From: Vitrella brassicaformis CCMP3155
Lineage: Eukaryota; Protista; Chromerida
DNA: 64,000 bases
NCBI GenBank assembly: GCA_001179505.1
Contig: CDMY01000189.1
Coordinates: 1-64,000, forward strand
Direction: 5' to 3'
Shown piece after piece: positions 11,745-23,230 of this stretch (positions within the stretch are counted from its first letter, which is position 1; each line of letters starts with the position of its first letter). Below the pieces are notes generated by a model. The model had not been told where the DNA came from and searched no databases. It saw nothing but the letters and a program-made list of their open reading frames with translations. The position numbers and the translations under genes were made by a program.

Positions 11745-11826
11745 ACTGTGTCACAGTCTTGTCTCTGCCGGCGAGAAATCTCGCCTGCCCTCGAGGAATT
11801 TCGTCATTTTGCAAACCACTGGCATT
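11745..11826. promoter_or_regulatory. Conserved non-coding element with a near-perfect 16-bp palindrome (11770-11785) between the divergent kinase genes
   Basis: About 45 bp are almost identical in reverse complement to 54073-54117, upstream of kinase copy C, although the adjacent coding sequences are strongly diverged. Confidence 0.5.
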
Positions 11827-12059
11827 ATGGGCGGTGAATCAACTGGATGTCGGCCGTGAGACGGGCCACAGTCTGAGACTCGCCCACAACCCACGCATGC
11901 ATGTTTTGCCCGCCCCCTGAGCCGCTGATCGCTGTTGCAAGTGCGACAAGTCGTTAAGCTCTCCGCGACGAGGGCTTTCACAAACCAAGTTCGCATCCTC
12001 TCATCCCGTCAATCCCCCCAACCGTCCCCCCCAACCATCCCCCCCACCGTCATTCGAGA

Positions 12060-13968
12060 ATGACGACCACCACCAATGCGCTCTGCCACCCCCCTGTCGG
12101 CGCCAGAGTCCTCCTCCAACCCGCCGCCGACAGCGGAGAAGAGCCGCTAGAGCTGCAGGTGGACAAGGCCCTCAAAAAGGGTGCAGACGGCGCGTGCGTC
12201 CTGCTTGCCCCATGTGCACCCAATGACGGCAGCAGCACCTATGTGGGCAAATGCTACCATCATGGCGACCGTGCCCTCGCCAACGAGGCCGAAACACTGG
12301 CAGTGGTCTACAAGGCGGCCATGAGGGCAAGGGAGGAGCCGCTGGTGCCCAAGTTCATGGGCGTCGCCAAGTATGAGGCCGAGGGCGGGCGCACCATGGG
12401 GCTTCTCGTGATGGAGAAGTTCCAGTGCGACGTGAAGGACCTCATACGGGAGTACCAGGCCAAGATGGGGCGGCCGCTGCCCATCAAAGCGGCACTACAG
12501 CTGTGCGAGCACGTGGTATGCATTAATGGATGATGCATGCAACAGGAGAGAGAGAACAGAGGGAAGATGCGGATGCATTCTGACTTGTCGGCTGTTTGTG
12601 TATGTAATGTATGGATGTATGTGTGCAGATCGCCGCGCTGCAGCAGTTTCATCGGGCGGGGAGGGCCCATCTGGACATGAACCAGGGCAACATCATGTTT
12701 AGCGAGAGGCCCCCCTTCCGTATCAAACTGATCGACGCTACGAGGGCCCTTCCTCTGCAAGTGCAGCGATGGCAGACGGAGCCAGGCTTCGTCGGCCGTC
12801 GGGTGACGATGCGGGGAGCGCAGGCCTTCGCCAGCGCCCACACTTTCCGAGGGCTGCAGTGGTGCGGCAGGTCAGTGAGTACTGAGCAATCAACACAAAA
12901 ACCGCACTGACGGACTCTCTCATTCATTCACGCATTCATTCACGGATTTCTTCTCTGTATCTTCCTTCAGGGAGGATTTGTGTGCGGGTGTGCGGTGCTG
13001 CCTAGCCGCGGTGACGATGGCGGCGCAGGACGACCAGGCCCTGCGCGCCGCCTGGAAGGCCGTCGACGCCACCAAGGAGAAGTACGGCCGGGGGCCGTCT
13101 GCGAAGTGGAACCACCCCGACATGGCAGCGGCGTGTGAGGCCTACCTCAAAGCGAGGGGCGAGACGGACAAGAGGTGGATCGGTGACATCTGCGCCCTGC
13201 TGCCGGGTGGGTGGGTGGATACTCAATTAATTGTATGTGTTGATTCGTGTCACGCCTCGCTTCGTTCGTTCAGAGTCCACGGCGTCGGAGTTCAAGTTGT
13301 GGCTCACGGCGCTGCTGGACTTCGTGGACGAGTGCCCCTTCGTGGCGCCGATCCCCAAAATGTACCAAAACGCCACGGACCCCATCCAGGAGATGATAGC
13401 GCTGTAAGGGAGAAAGGGAGGGGAATAAAGAGACACACAAGGGCAATGTCTTTCTCGTGCATTCAGGATCGACCAGGGCCCGGACACCTACCACAAGGAC
13501 GATCTCGAGACGGCCTTCGAGGAGGCTGTAAGCAAAGCACCCACACACATCCATACACACGGCTCCCCTCCCCTCTCTCATGTCTCTTTGTGTGTCTGCC
13601 AGGGATTCGTGGTGCCCAAGCCTACACCACCACCATCGCCCTCCCCCCAGCACGAGGAGAGCCGAGAGGAGGAGGAGATCCACGAGGAAGAGGCCGCCAT
13701 GGAGGTCGAGTGGGAGGGTGAGGTACAGTCCTACCTGAGCAGCTCGGGTGCCAGCGCCAGCACCGAGGAGGAGGAAACGACGCGCAAGCGGCGCCGCGGC
13801 AACGTCAAGGCGTACCGCTACGATAAGGCCCTCAACGAGCCTCGAGAGGAGGGCGGAGACGACAGCGACGAGAGCGAGGGTGAGGATGACCTGGCGTGGG
13901 CGGATGGGGTCGTGGAGAGGGGGAGTAGGAAGACGGTGGGCCGCAAGCGGCGCAACATCACTGTTTAG
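12060..13968 (+). CDS. Atypical CK1-related protein kinase, copy B (intact, 6 exons) with an acidic/basic C-terminal tail
   Basis: LKKGADGACV (Gly loop), YVGK (beta3 Lys), NEAE (alphaC), HLDMNQGN (catalytic loop), KLIDAT (DFG position). GAQAFASAHTFRGLQWCG|REDL matches CK1 GTARYASINTHLG..SRRDDL. All junctions are in frame. The tail has RKRRR and RKRR motifs. Confidence 0.85.
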
Positions 13969-14574
13969 TGTGTAGCTAGTTGTCGAGGGCTGTAGCACTA
14001 GTGCTACTGCTCTGTTAGAGGGTTTGAGAGGTGGACCGTAGTCAATCGTAGCTTTTCCGACCCTTACTGTTCGTGTGTGTGGCTGACCGGCCGATGTGCG
14101 CCCGTGTGTGTGTGCGTGTCAATGCCTCTCGCCAAGACAAAATCCACATGGATGGAAACGTGCGTGAGTCCGTCTGGCCACACACCCCACACCCACACAC
14201 CAATCATGCACCCTCCTATTCGCAACCAACAACCCCGCCATTATTTAGTCATGACAGATAACCCCGCCCCGCCCAGTCTATGTGCTATGTACACCAAGGA
14301 AGGCACGCCAGCCAGCCAATTGACCGACGCACGCAGGCTCCAGCAATTCGATGGATAGATAGATAGGTAGATAGGTCGCTCGCCATCCGCAGCCGATATC
14401 TACAAAAGCCTGTGCGTGAGATGCCGACACACACATACAGACGCACCTTGCTCTGACGTTTGGTGTGTTCCTAGTGTATGCCAGCCGGCCGTACCGTCAG
14501 AGCGCTCTACAGGCGTTGCCACTTCGTCAGTTAGTTCTTTTCCGCTGAAGGCCCATCCATCCACCACACGCATC

Positions 14575-15336
14575 TCAGCCGGGGCGGCTCATCCATCGAT
14601 CCATCCATCTATCTGCTTTGCTTACCGGCCTTGGCAGCTGCCGCCGAGGGCTCCGACCTGACAAGACAGACAGACAGACAGACAGACAGAACCAAAGGAA
14701 TGGAGGGGACCAATGCAGCCGGCTAGCTGGCTTACTCTCACTCCTTCCCTCACCCGCTGCTGCCCTTGTTGTTGAACGCATCCTCCTTCCGCCTGCAAGT
14801 GGTGAGCACACACATACGAAACATGCGTGTGTCGGCTGTTTGTGCGTCGGCTGCCTGGCTGACTGACTGACTTGATGGCCCGTGTGAGCTCCACGAGAGT
14901 GGCCGTCATCTCTGCACGGGCCGGATCTATGCGCGGGTCATTCTTGCTCACTTTCGCCAGCCTGCGAACGTCACCACACACACACAACACACAACACACA
15001 ACACACAACACACAAATCACACACCAAAGCCGCATCCAGAGCATCATGTGCACCGACTGCTTGGCCTGAAGGAACGTGCACATTGGCGAACTCCTCCGGC
15101 GTCGCCGCCTGACGGACCAGAGGGACAGCACCCATCCATCCATCCATCCACACACTGATTGCATCAATTGACGCATCCATCTTGTGGATGGGCTGAGTCG
15201 GCTGACCGACCTCGTCGACGAGGTGCTTGACGTGGTCCAGATCTCCCCGCAGCAAGTCGAGGACCTGTCCTATCGCGTCCGGGTTGAGTATGGCCTCCAT
15301 CGCCCGCCGCATGCTCTCCTCTGTGTGCGGGTGCAT
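14575..15336 (-). CDS. Hypothetical multi-exon protein (boundaries uncertain)
   Basis: Exon-like stretches MRRAMEAILNPDAIGQVLDLLRGDLDHVKHLVDE and DVRRLAKVSKNDPRIDPARAEMTATLVELTRAIK separated by microsatellite-rich introns. Confidence 0.4.
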
Positions 15337-15616
15337 CCCGTCTATCTGACGTCTATAATGGCAGCTACCCAGGTTCCTCCTGGCGGACAGCGGAATGCGA
15401 GCCGCAGAGCGATCATCATTGCAGTAGTTGGCCTGTCAAACAGTGACCACATGAATCACTTGCGCATCATCGCGGGGAAGAGCGCTGCCCATGACGTACG
15501 ACAGATGGGACGCCTCACATTTTTCGTGTGTCAATGAATGGCATGTGGGATGGCTGGCTGGACACATTCATGCACGGAAATGAGAGTCACGAAGATAAAT
15601 AAGAGCCTGCACGAAT

Positions 15617-16387
15617 CTACCCACTGAACAGCCTCTCATACATCGGCCGTGGCACCAGCACCCGGCCCTTCAGCAGTGCCCTCGTGTGTGGGGGCAGCTC
15701 GGCCGCCAGCAGGCTGTCGATGGTGCAGAAGTTGGTCACGGCCTCTCGTACATTCTCGTAGTTGACCATTCGCCGCCCTTGGGCGTCAAACAGGCTGTCA
15801 AAAGACCGGTCCACGATGGCCGACGGCTCGATACGCTGTACGATGGCGGCAGCCGCATGGTGCAGCAGAGACGCCGCATCGCTGTAGTCGTTGCCGAAGT
15901 CGACTGTTGGGGGCGTCTTGGAGTCACCGAAACGGTTGGTGACCGCCTTGAGCATTGGCCGCCACTCGATCGGCGGCAAATCGTCTCGACCACCGTGTGG
16001 GAAGCTCGCCAACTCCTGATTGAAGGAACCATCCATGGAGAGATGGACAAATGCAAGGCGTGTTGTGTTGGTGGCGTGAGCGGCTTGCTTGCCTGCACCA
16101 ATCTGCGCCATGCGTTGGGCACGTGTGTGCGGAGGAGAGTGACGACCGACTGGTTGAAGGCCGCGGTGGCGCTGGGGTGGTCGGCCGTGATGGACGGGGG
16201 GCAGGTGCCACACCGATGCATGTCGACCAAGTGGCGCTCCCAACTGCACCATCGAATGGATCAAGGGGAGGGACAGGCACTCACTCATGTGTGCCTGGCG
16301 TGGTTAATCATATACGCAGTCAGTTACCATTTCAGGAGGAGAGCTGTGCCCTCAGTTTCCACCCTCTCATACACCAATGGGGCTGCA

Positions 16388-16421
<34 letters not shown>

Positions 16422-19400
16422 TCCACGTTCGTCCTTTTGTGTGCGTGTGTGTGTGTGTGGTTTTCATCCCACGCACCTTTGTCAGGTTTTGCGGCCATGC
16501 GTTTGACGAGGTCCTGGTAGGCCCTCAACACCTCCTGCTGCGACAGACGGATCTCATCCCTGATTGATGACACATCGTACAGACATCCATGACACATATA
16601 GAGGGGGAGTGAGTGAGGGAGGGAGGGAGGGAGGCCTGTGTCACACACACACCTCCATTCCCGATCTACAAGCGGGTCTCGCCAGACCACCCCCACACAG
16701 CGGGCACCCACACTGACGTCAGCACACCCCAACGACTCCTGCATATTCAACACAACACACACAGGGACATCACACTCATCCATCCATCGCCCCACCCCTC
16801 CCCATTGTCACTCATTCCTTTACTTACCAGTGCTGTTTTGATGTGCTGTGCGATCTGAGCGCTCAGCTGGTTGGTGAATGCCAGGTCAGGATCCCCATGC
16901 TCCATCCACACACGCCCGTACTCGGCCTTGCTCTCGTCGTCCTCCTCGCCCCCAGCGGACATATCAGCACTCTCCACCACATAGAGCACCTCCACAGGCA
17001 CGCCCCTCTCACCCACGGGCAGGCCATCCAGGAAGGCCTTCAGCCGCTCTGCCTCTTCCCTCAAGGCGTCCATGGCCAGTGCCGACAGCTCAGCCGACAT
17101 GTCGTCATAGCCCTGCTCCTGCTGCCTCTCGACGGGAATGGCCAGGCCTCTGAGTGTCATCTCTGTCACCGACTCGCCAATAGCGGAGAAGTAGGGCACC
17201 ACCACACGAGGGATGAGCCACATGAGTGCGCTGAGACCGCCCAGCGCGTCGGCGAGCGGCATGTGTGGGGTGGCCATGAAGTCCCTCACAATGGACCGCC
17301 CAGCCCCATGGCCGTTCTCTCCCTCTGTGTCACCAGGCACCTCCAGCGGCTGCCCTTCCAGGTGGTGCATGCCCCCCTGATGCACAGTCGCCACACTCAG
17401 CGCCACACACGCCATCGACGAACCACCAGCAGCAGCGGCAGAAGCAGCCGACTGCGGCAGATCGAAGCCGACGGTCGACAGGCGCACCTCTGGTGGGCTG
17501 GCAGTCGTCGCACAGCGATAGATGGCGCAGCTGCGGGCATCGTTCGCCTCATCGGCAGTGGTCCGCCTGGCGAGGGGGCTGCACAGCCACTGCTCGATGG
17601 TGGGCCGTACGGTGCGCTTGAGCTCTGTGCGGAAGGCGTGGGCGCTGCGGTCGGTGTTGGGGGCGAGGGGTGTGGGGGCGATGGCGAGGCCGAGCTTGAC
17701 AAAGAGGGCGAACGCTCCGCCATCTCGATCAAGGTGGAACTGCTCGCGGATGTAGCCAATCAAGACGCGCCTCTAAGAGATGAGACAGAGAGAGCGTGTG
17801 TGTGTGTGTGTGCACAAAGTCCGTCTTGCGTCGCGTACGTCAACAGCTGGCCTCCGGTTGAGCATGGTGTTCATCTCGCGGCGCAAACGCTTGCTGCGGT
17901 CGGCCGTCGGCTCGAGCGACACACGCATCCCCACCACCGACACACTGTCATCGAGGCTCTCCCACTCGTCGCGAATGTGCTGCTCAGACGGCAGCTGCAT
18001 GTGTGGGGGCGGGGGCGGGGCTGACGGGACTGGGAGAGGGGGCAGCGGGTGCTGGAGGGGGGGTAGGGGAGGGGGCGGCTCATGAGCCTCGATGGGTGTC
18101 TGGACCTTCTTCCACACATATCGGCGCGGGTTGACGCCGAAGAGCCGCCCTTCGCCCCACAGGTGGGCCTCCTCGCTGATCTCCAGCACCATCGGCTCCC
18201 TTGCACCCTCACTCTCACCCACAGCACCACCACCAGCACCACTAGGCACCTCTCCCCCTTCCCCTCTCTCTGTTGCCAGAGGAGGCCTCTGCTGCTCGAC
18301 CGTGGCTGCTGCTGCCGCCGCTGCCGCTTTGGTGCGTTTGGCTGTGCCCCAGAAGCCCAGTCCATGGCCGGAGTGCAAGCGCTTCCTGATGTCCTTTCTG
18401 ACGATTTTGGGCTCACGGATGGGCGGTGAGGGAGTGGGGGGCCGCCTGCGTGACGCAGCTGAGGGGGTGGGTGGTGTGAGGGGGAGAAGGGCCGACGGGG
18501 GCATCGAGGCAGCCAACTCGTCCTCACCCTGACATGCATGGCACACAGACAGACAGACGGGGGGGAGAGTGAATGGGTGGATGGATGGATGGATGTGTTG
18601 TGCTTTGTTGTCTTGTGTACCGTCACTTTTGGTGATGGCGCCCGTCTCTGCTCGACAGCGGCTGCATAGCGATCGGGCGTCCCCATTTTCCCCCCTGTCT
18701 CGGCCACGGCGGCAGGCACGTGTCTGCCCCTCTTGCCGCCGTCGTCACTCTCCACCGCCACATCATCGCCGTCGCGGGCCCTCTTGCCCTTCAACACACG
18801 CTCCTGCTGCTGCAGCTGCTGCTCATCAGATCTTTTCTGTGGTGATGGTGCTGGTGGTGGTGCCTGTGGAGGCATGAGGGCCGGGAAGGGCGCTGGGAAC
18901 AAAGGGGGCCGGGCAGCCGCATCCGGGCGTGGCACGCTGCGGACCTCGCCCATATCCTCGACCTCCTCCTGCGGAGATGTTTCAGGTGAGATGGGCGAGT
19001 AGGGGGGCAGGGGCGACGCCTCGGCAGCTGCTGCTCCTGGCGACGTGGGTATGGCCGGGGGAGGTGTGGGTGGTGTGAATGGTGGTGCGATGGGGGGCAG
19101 CAAAGGAGACGGCGGCAGCTCGTCGGCTGACGGGGGCGTCACGGGGGCGAAGGACGATGACAGCACCCAGGGAGCGTCGGGCGGAGGATCCAACAGCTGA
19201 CACACACACACACACACACAGACATCCCACCCCATCTCTCGTGTGTGAGGTGATGCGATGCATACCTCCTTGCGCGTGAGGCCCATCTGCCTGAGTCGTG
19301 TGGCCAGGATGGGCGAGGGGGAGCGGGGCAGCCGGATGTTGTAGGCAGACTGATGAATGAATGAATGAATGAATGAGACCAGAGCGGAGCCAATATTACA

Positions 19401-22400
19401 ACGAAGACGCATTGGCGTCTCGTGTCGTCTGTCTGATATCGTCTGCCTACGTACGTATCTCTGCTGCAGGTGCTTGATGCGTGTGGCAATGTCCTCCAAA
19501 TCGACCACAGACGGGTCACCACTGCCCACATACACACACACACACACACACGTCGCCCTATGCTGCCCGTTCCTCCCTCCCTCCCTCCCTCCCTCCCTCA
19601 TCATTCAGTGCTTTTTGCCTACGGTTTTTCCGTGCGGACTTGTTGCCTGATTTGGTGCAGCGGCATGATGGGGCTGCTGCGCTGCTCCTCGTGCTCGGCG
19701 CAGTAGGTCAAGAAGGGCTCCATCCCCACTCGCAGACGCTCCAGCCAACGACGGGCCTCGCGCGTCGAACAGAAACCTGATGGATGGATGGATGGATGGG
19801 AGCAACGAGCCAAGGGGGAGGGGGCAAGGGGGAGGGCTGTGTGTGTGGTATGTGTGTTGTGTGTTTACCGAGCATGTGTGTGAAGTCTTGGATGGGCACT
19901 GTGTAGAGCTTCTGGCCCTTCGTCTGCACACACACACATACAGATATAGATAGACGTGTGTGTCCGCGTGTGTGAGGTGGCAAGCGTACGCTTCGTCTAA
20001 CGGCCGTAGCCGTTCTGAGCAGCTGCCGCAGCCTCAATGCATTGAGGCTCATGTCCATCAGACACGCCGTCAGGAAATCAGCCTGCATGCGTGTGTCAAC
20101 ACACACAGACACCCAATGTGTTGGCCCCGGCCCATCCATCTCATCCATCTCATGTGTGTGCGTGCCTGCCTTTTTCATGAGTTTGATGAACTTGAGTAGG
20201 TCGTTGGCGAAATAGACCCGCAGCACAGCCATGGCGAACTTCACCTTCGGGTGCGAGGAGAGGTCGCGTGGCACCTTTCTCAGGATCCCGTTTGCCTCTG
20301 CAGACGTGGGCGCACATTAGTGAAAGGCCTTCGTTGTGCGTATGCTGCATGTCGGACCGAGGAACTCGTTGAGTTTTCGTTTTCTGCTGCCCTGCAGGCT
20401 GGCCAGGAGGATGTACGAGTGGATTTCCGCCTCGTGGGGCGACTTGTACACTGAACGCATAGAATCACACTTGGTAGGTGCTGACACACACATACATGTG
20501 TATACCGCTGATGCTGTTGACGTGTTCCCATTGGTCGGGGTGTTTGGCCACGGCCTCCAGCTGCCATCGCACCGATGAGTACGCCTGGTTCAGTCTGTGC
20601 ACACGACATATCACACAACATGCTCATCTGTCTGTCTGTCTGTCTGTATGGCCAGTGGGGTGGGAGCGCTGAGGTTGTGTGCCGTGCCTGTCTTTGCAGT
20701 TGTCCATCAGTCCCACATTGCCGTCGGGGGTGAAGCCAGACGCCTCGCTCTCACCGCACAGCTGACACACACACATAAGCATCGGTCGCGCTGTGTGTCT
20801 TGTTGTCGGCCGCCACACACCCACCAGCTGGTCGGCGAATATGAAGAAGCGAAATGCGATCTCACAGGTCTCGATGTTGCTCTGCCCGCACAAGTGGATG
20901 GCATTTCATGTGTGTGCTTCAACGTCTGACGCGCCCACTCTGTGTTTGTGTGCGTCCTGGACTTGCAGGTCCTGCATGAGCGATCGCAGCCGGTCCCGAA
21001 TGAAGTTGTACAAGCTGGTCAACCTACACAACATCACACATATACACACACATTGGTTTGTGGATGGATGGAGTGACGTGGGCTGTTGGCCCCTCTCTCT
21101 CTCTCTCTCTCTCTCACTCGAAGCATTTGCGGCCGAAGGTGTCGTCAGGGTAGTTGTCCAGATCGATCACCTGACATAGACACCACACAACGGTCAGACC
21201 AGGAGACGCCCCATGTGTGTACTGATGCACACATACCTGCGTCATGAGGTAGTCGACCGTCTTGCGGCACCAGGCCACAGTCGATATCTCCGTGCCGGCA
21301 AACTCGCGACCCGCATACGACCTGCACACACGGCCGTGCACACACATTTATCACGCTACCCATGACCGCTGCCTGCCTGTGTGGGAGAGCGCCTGACTGA
21401 CCTGGAGAAGGGCTTGATGGCATGCCTCAAGTTAGGTCTGAATTTGTTGCCGTCCTTGATGACCGATCGCGTATTGGCGTCCCACTCGGCCTCCAACTCG
21501 TGCAGCGTCTGAGACGTCGAACGCTCACGCGCATTCGTCTCGCTGACACACACACATCCACACCACACACACAGAGTGAGAGTGGTTGTGTTGATTGCTG
21601 CTGCCTAGGCTAGGCGTGTTGTGTCTGTCTGCTTACGAGCACATGGCCGTCAGTTCGCCGATCGTCCGCTCGCGTGTGAAACCGTTGCGGACAGACGTCG
21701 AGAAACTCCGCAGCAACGCCTCCTGATACACACCCAAAGCAACGTACACACCGCCACCTAAAGAGCCACAACACGGGTGCCTGCCTCACCTTAGGTCTGG
21801 GTAGTTCTGCCTCGAGAGCGATGTTGCCCATGGTTTGCAGCTCAGCCATGCTCATGAGAGGGTTCGTCTGCGAATGGTGCGGCCGGCCGCTCGACAAAGG
21901 CGTCTGATGGAAACCATCACCACACACACCACACAGATATCGCTCGGCTCTCTTCCTCTGGCGCCCTCTCTCTGGCGAATGCATCACCTTGAACAGGGCT
22001 AGTGAGGGTGATGGCGATACGTTGACGACAATGGCGGGTGGCGAGGGCGGCTGGAAGGGTGTGCCGGCCGGCCGCTCATCCGCCGCTGACACCGACTGGG
22101 TCGAACCAGCCACTATCTCATCAAGCGACGGCATCGAACGAAGATTCGCACCTGATCAATGACACATGATACATACACACACACAGAGAGAGAGCATGAC
22201 CACCACCACCACACGCACCAATGGCGGCATCCCGCGGCCTCCCATTTCTCTCACGTCTGGCCTGCGCGGGTCTTTCCGTCTCCCTCTGCCATCCCTGCGC
22301 CTGCTGTCCATCATCTATACTACCGAAAGAACTCACAGCTCCTTCTGAGCCACTACCACCACCACCAGCCGCAGAGGCAAAGGGGTTCATCGGGGCACCG

Positions 22401-22513
22401 CCGCCATCGCCTTCATCCATGCCTCGCGCGGCCTGGCTGGAGGATAGCAGGGCGGCCACCCCGGCCATCCTCTGCCGTCTGACGGCTGCGTGGCTCTTGG
22501 CAAAGGGCGCCAC
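15617..22513 (-). CDS. SAC3: SAC3/GANP/THP3-family mRNA export (TREX-2) scaffold with a long Pro-rich C-terminal region
   Basis: Exons give EFLDVCPQ...ERSTSQTLHELE, AIKPFSRS|SYAGRE, WCRKTVDYL, LYNFIRDRLRSLMQDLQ, ETCEIAFRFFIF, HEAEIHSYILL, SHPKVKFAMAV..ANDLLKFIKLMKK|ADFLTACLM, which are typical SAC3/GANP motifs. Joining of the distal exons (15.6-18.5 kb) is less certain. Confidence 0.8.
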
Positions 22514-22923
22514 GCGACGGGATGGCGGATTGCTGCCTCTCCTGCGGAGAGAAACGCCGCCCGAACGGTCTAAAGGGAAACATGACGCAACAGTGACATC
22601 GTTTTCTGTATCCCTGTAAGTTCTCCATATTACCTCTCTGCTGTGCGCTGGTGTTGCGCGTGAGCGACACGTTCTGGCTGCGCTGGAAGAATTGGAAACT
22701 CATTCCGTCGTCACGCAACGGATGGCATCACTCATTCATCCTATCTAAGCAGGTACGGGACGCGCAGACGGGACGGAGTAATTCTGCGAGCTTAGCTGTT
22801 TTCCCCTCCCTCCCCCCCCAGAAACCAACCAACCAACTGTCCACCTTGCGTCTGTAGCTGGGCCGCCCGAGTAGCAAAGTGATGCAAAGGCCGTAGTTTG
22901 CACTGCTTGACGGGTAGATATCG

Positions 22924-23199
22924 ATGAACTGGCCTGAGGTAGATGCGGAAACCCGCCAGCACGTGGCTGACGCGCTTGAGGCCGTTGTGACCAGGAGGCC
23001 CGACAAACTGCACCAAACCGTAGCAGGTGAGGAAGGGAGGCTCGGGGGGCGAAAAGTACTGCAGCTGATTGTGAGTAGTGTTTGCACTGGTGTGGCGTAC
23101 AGATGCCTTTCTCGCCTTCAGCGGCGTCAACCTTCGGTGTGTCGACCCACGAAAAGCACGATGCAATTATACTCGTGTTGGTTCCTTTTGTCCCTCCCT

Positions 23200-23230
<31 letters not shown>

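Noticed and set aside
12060-13968. FIKK kinase assignment suggested by the HLD catalytic loop
   Set aside because: No F-I-K-K motif (YVGK instead), a Gly loop is present, and the C-lobe is CK1-like (ASAH...REDL).
16843-18024. 393-aa plus-strand ORF, and similar long ORFs such as 15686-16567 (+), 47878-48723 (+), 22745-23440 (-) and 29094-29861 (-)
   Set aside because: Antisense shadows of GC-rich real exons on the opposite strand, with no domain signal.
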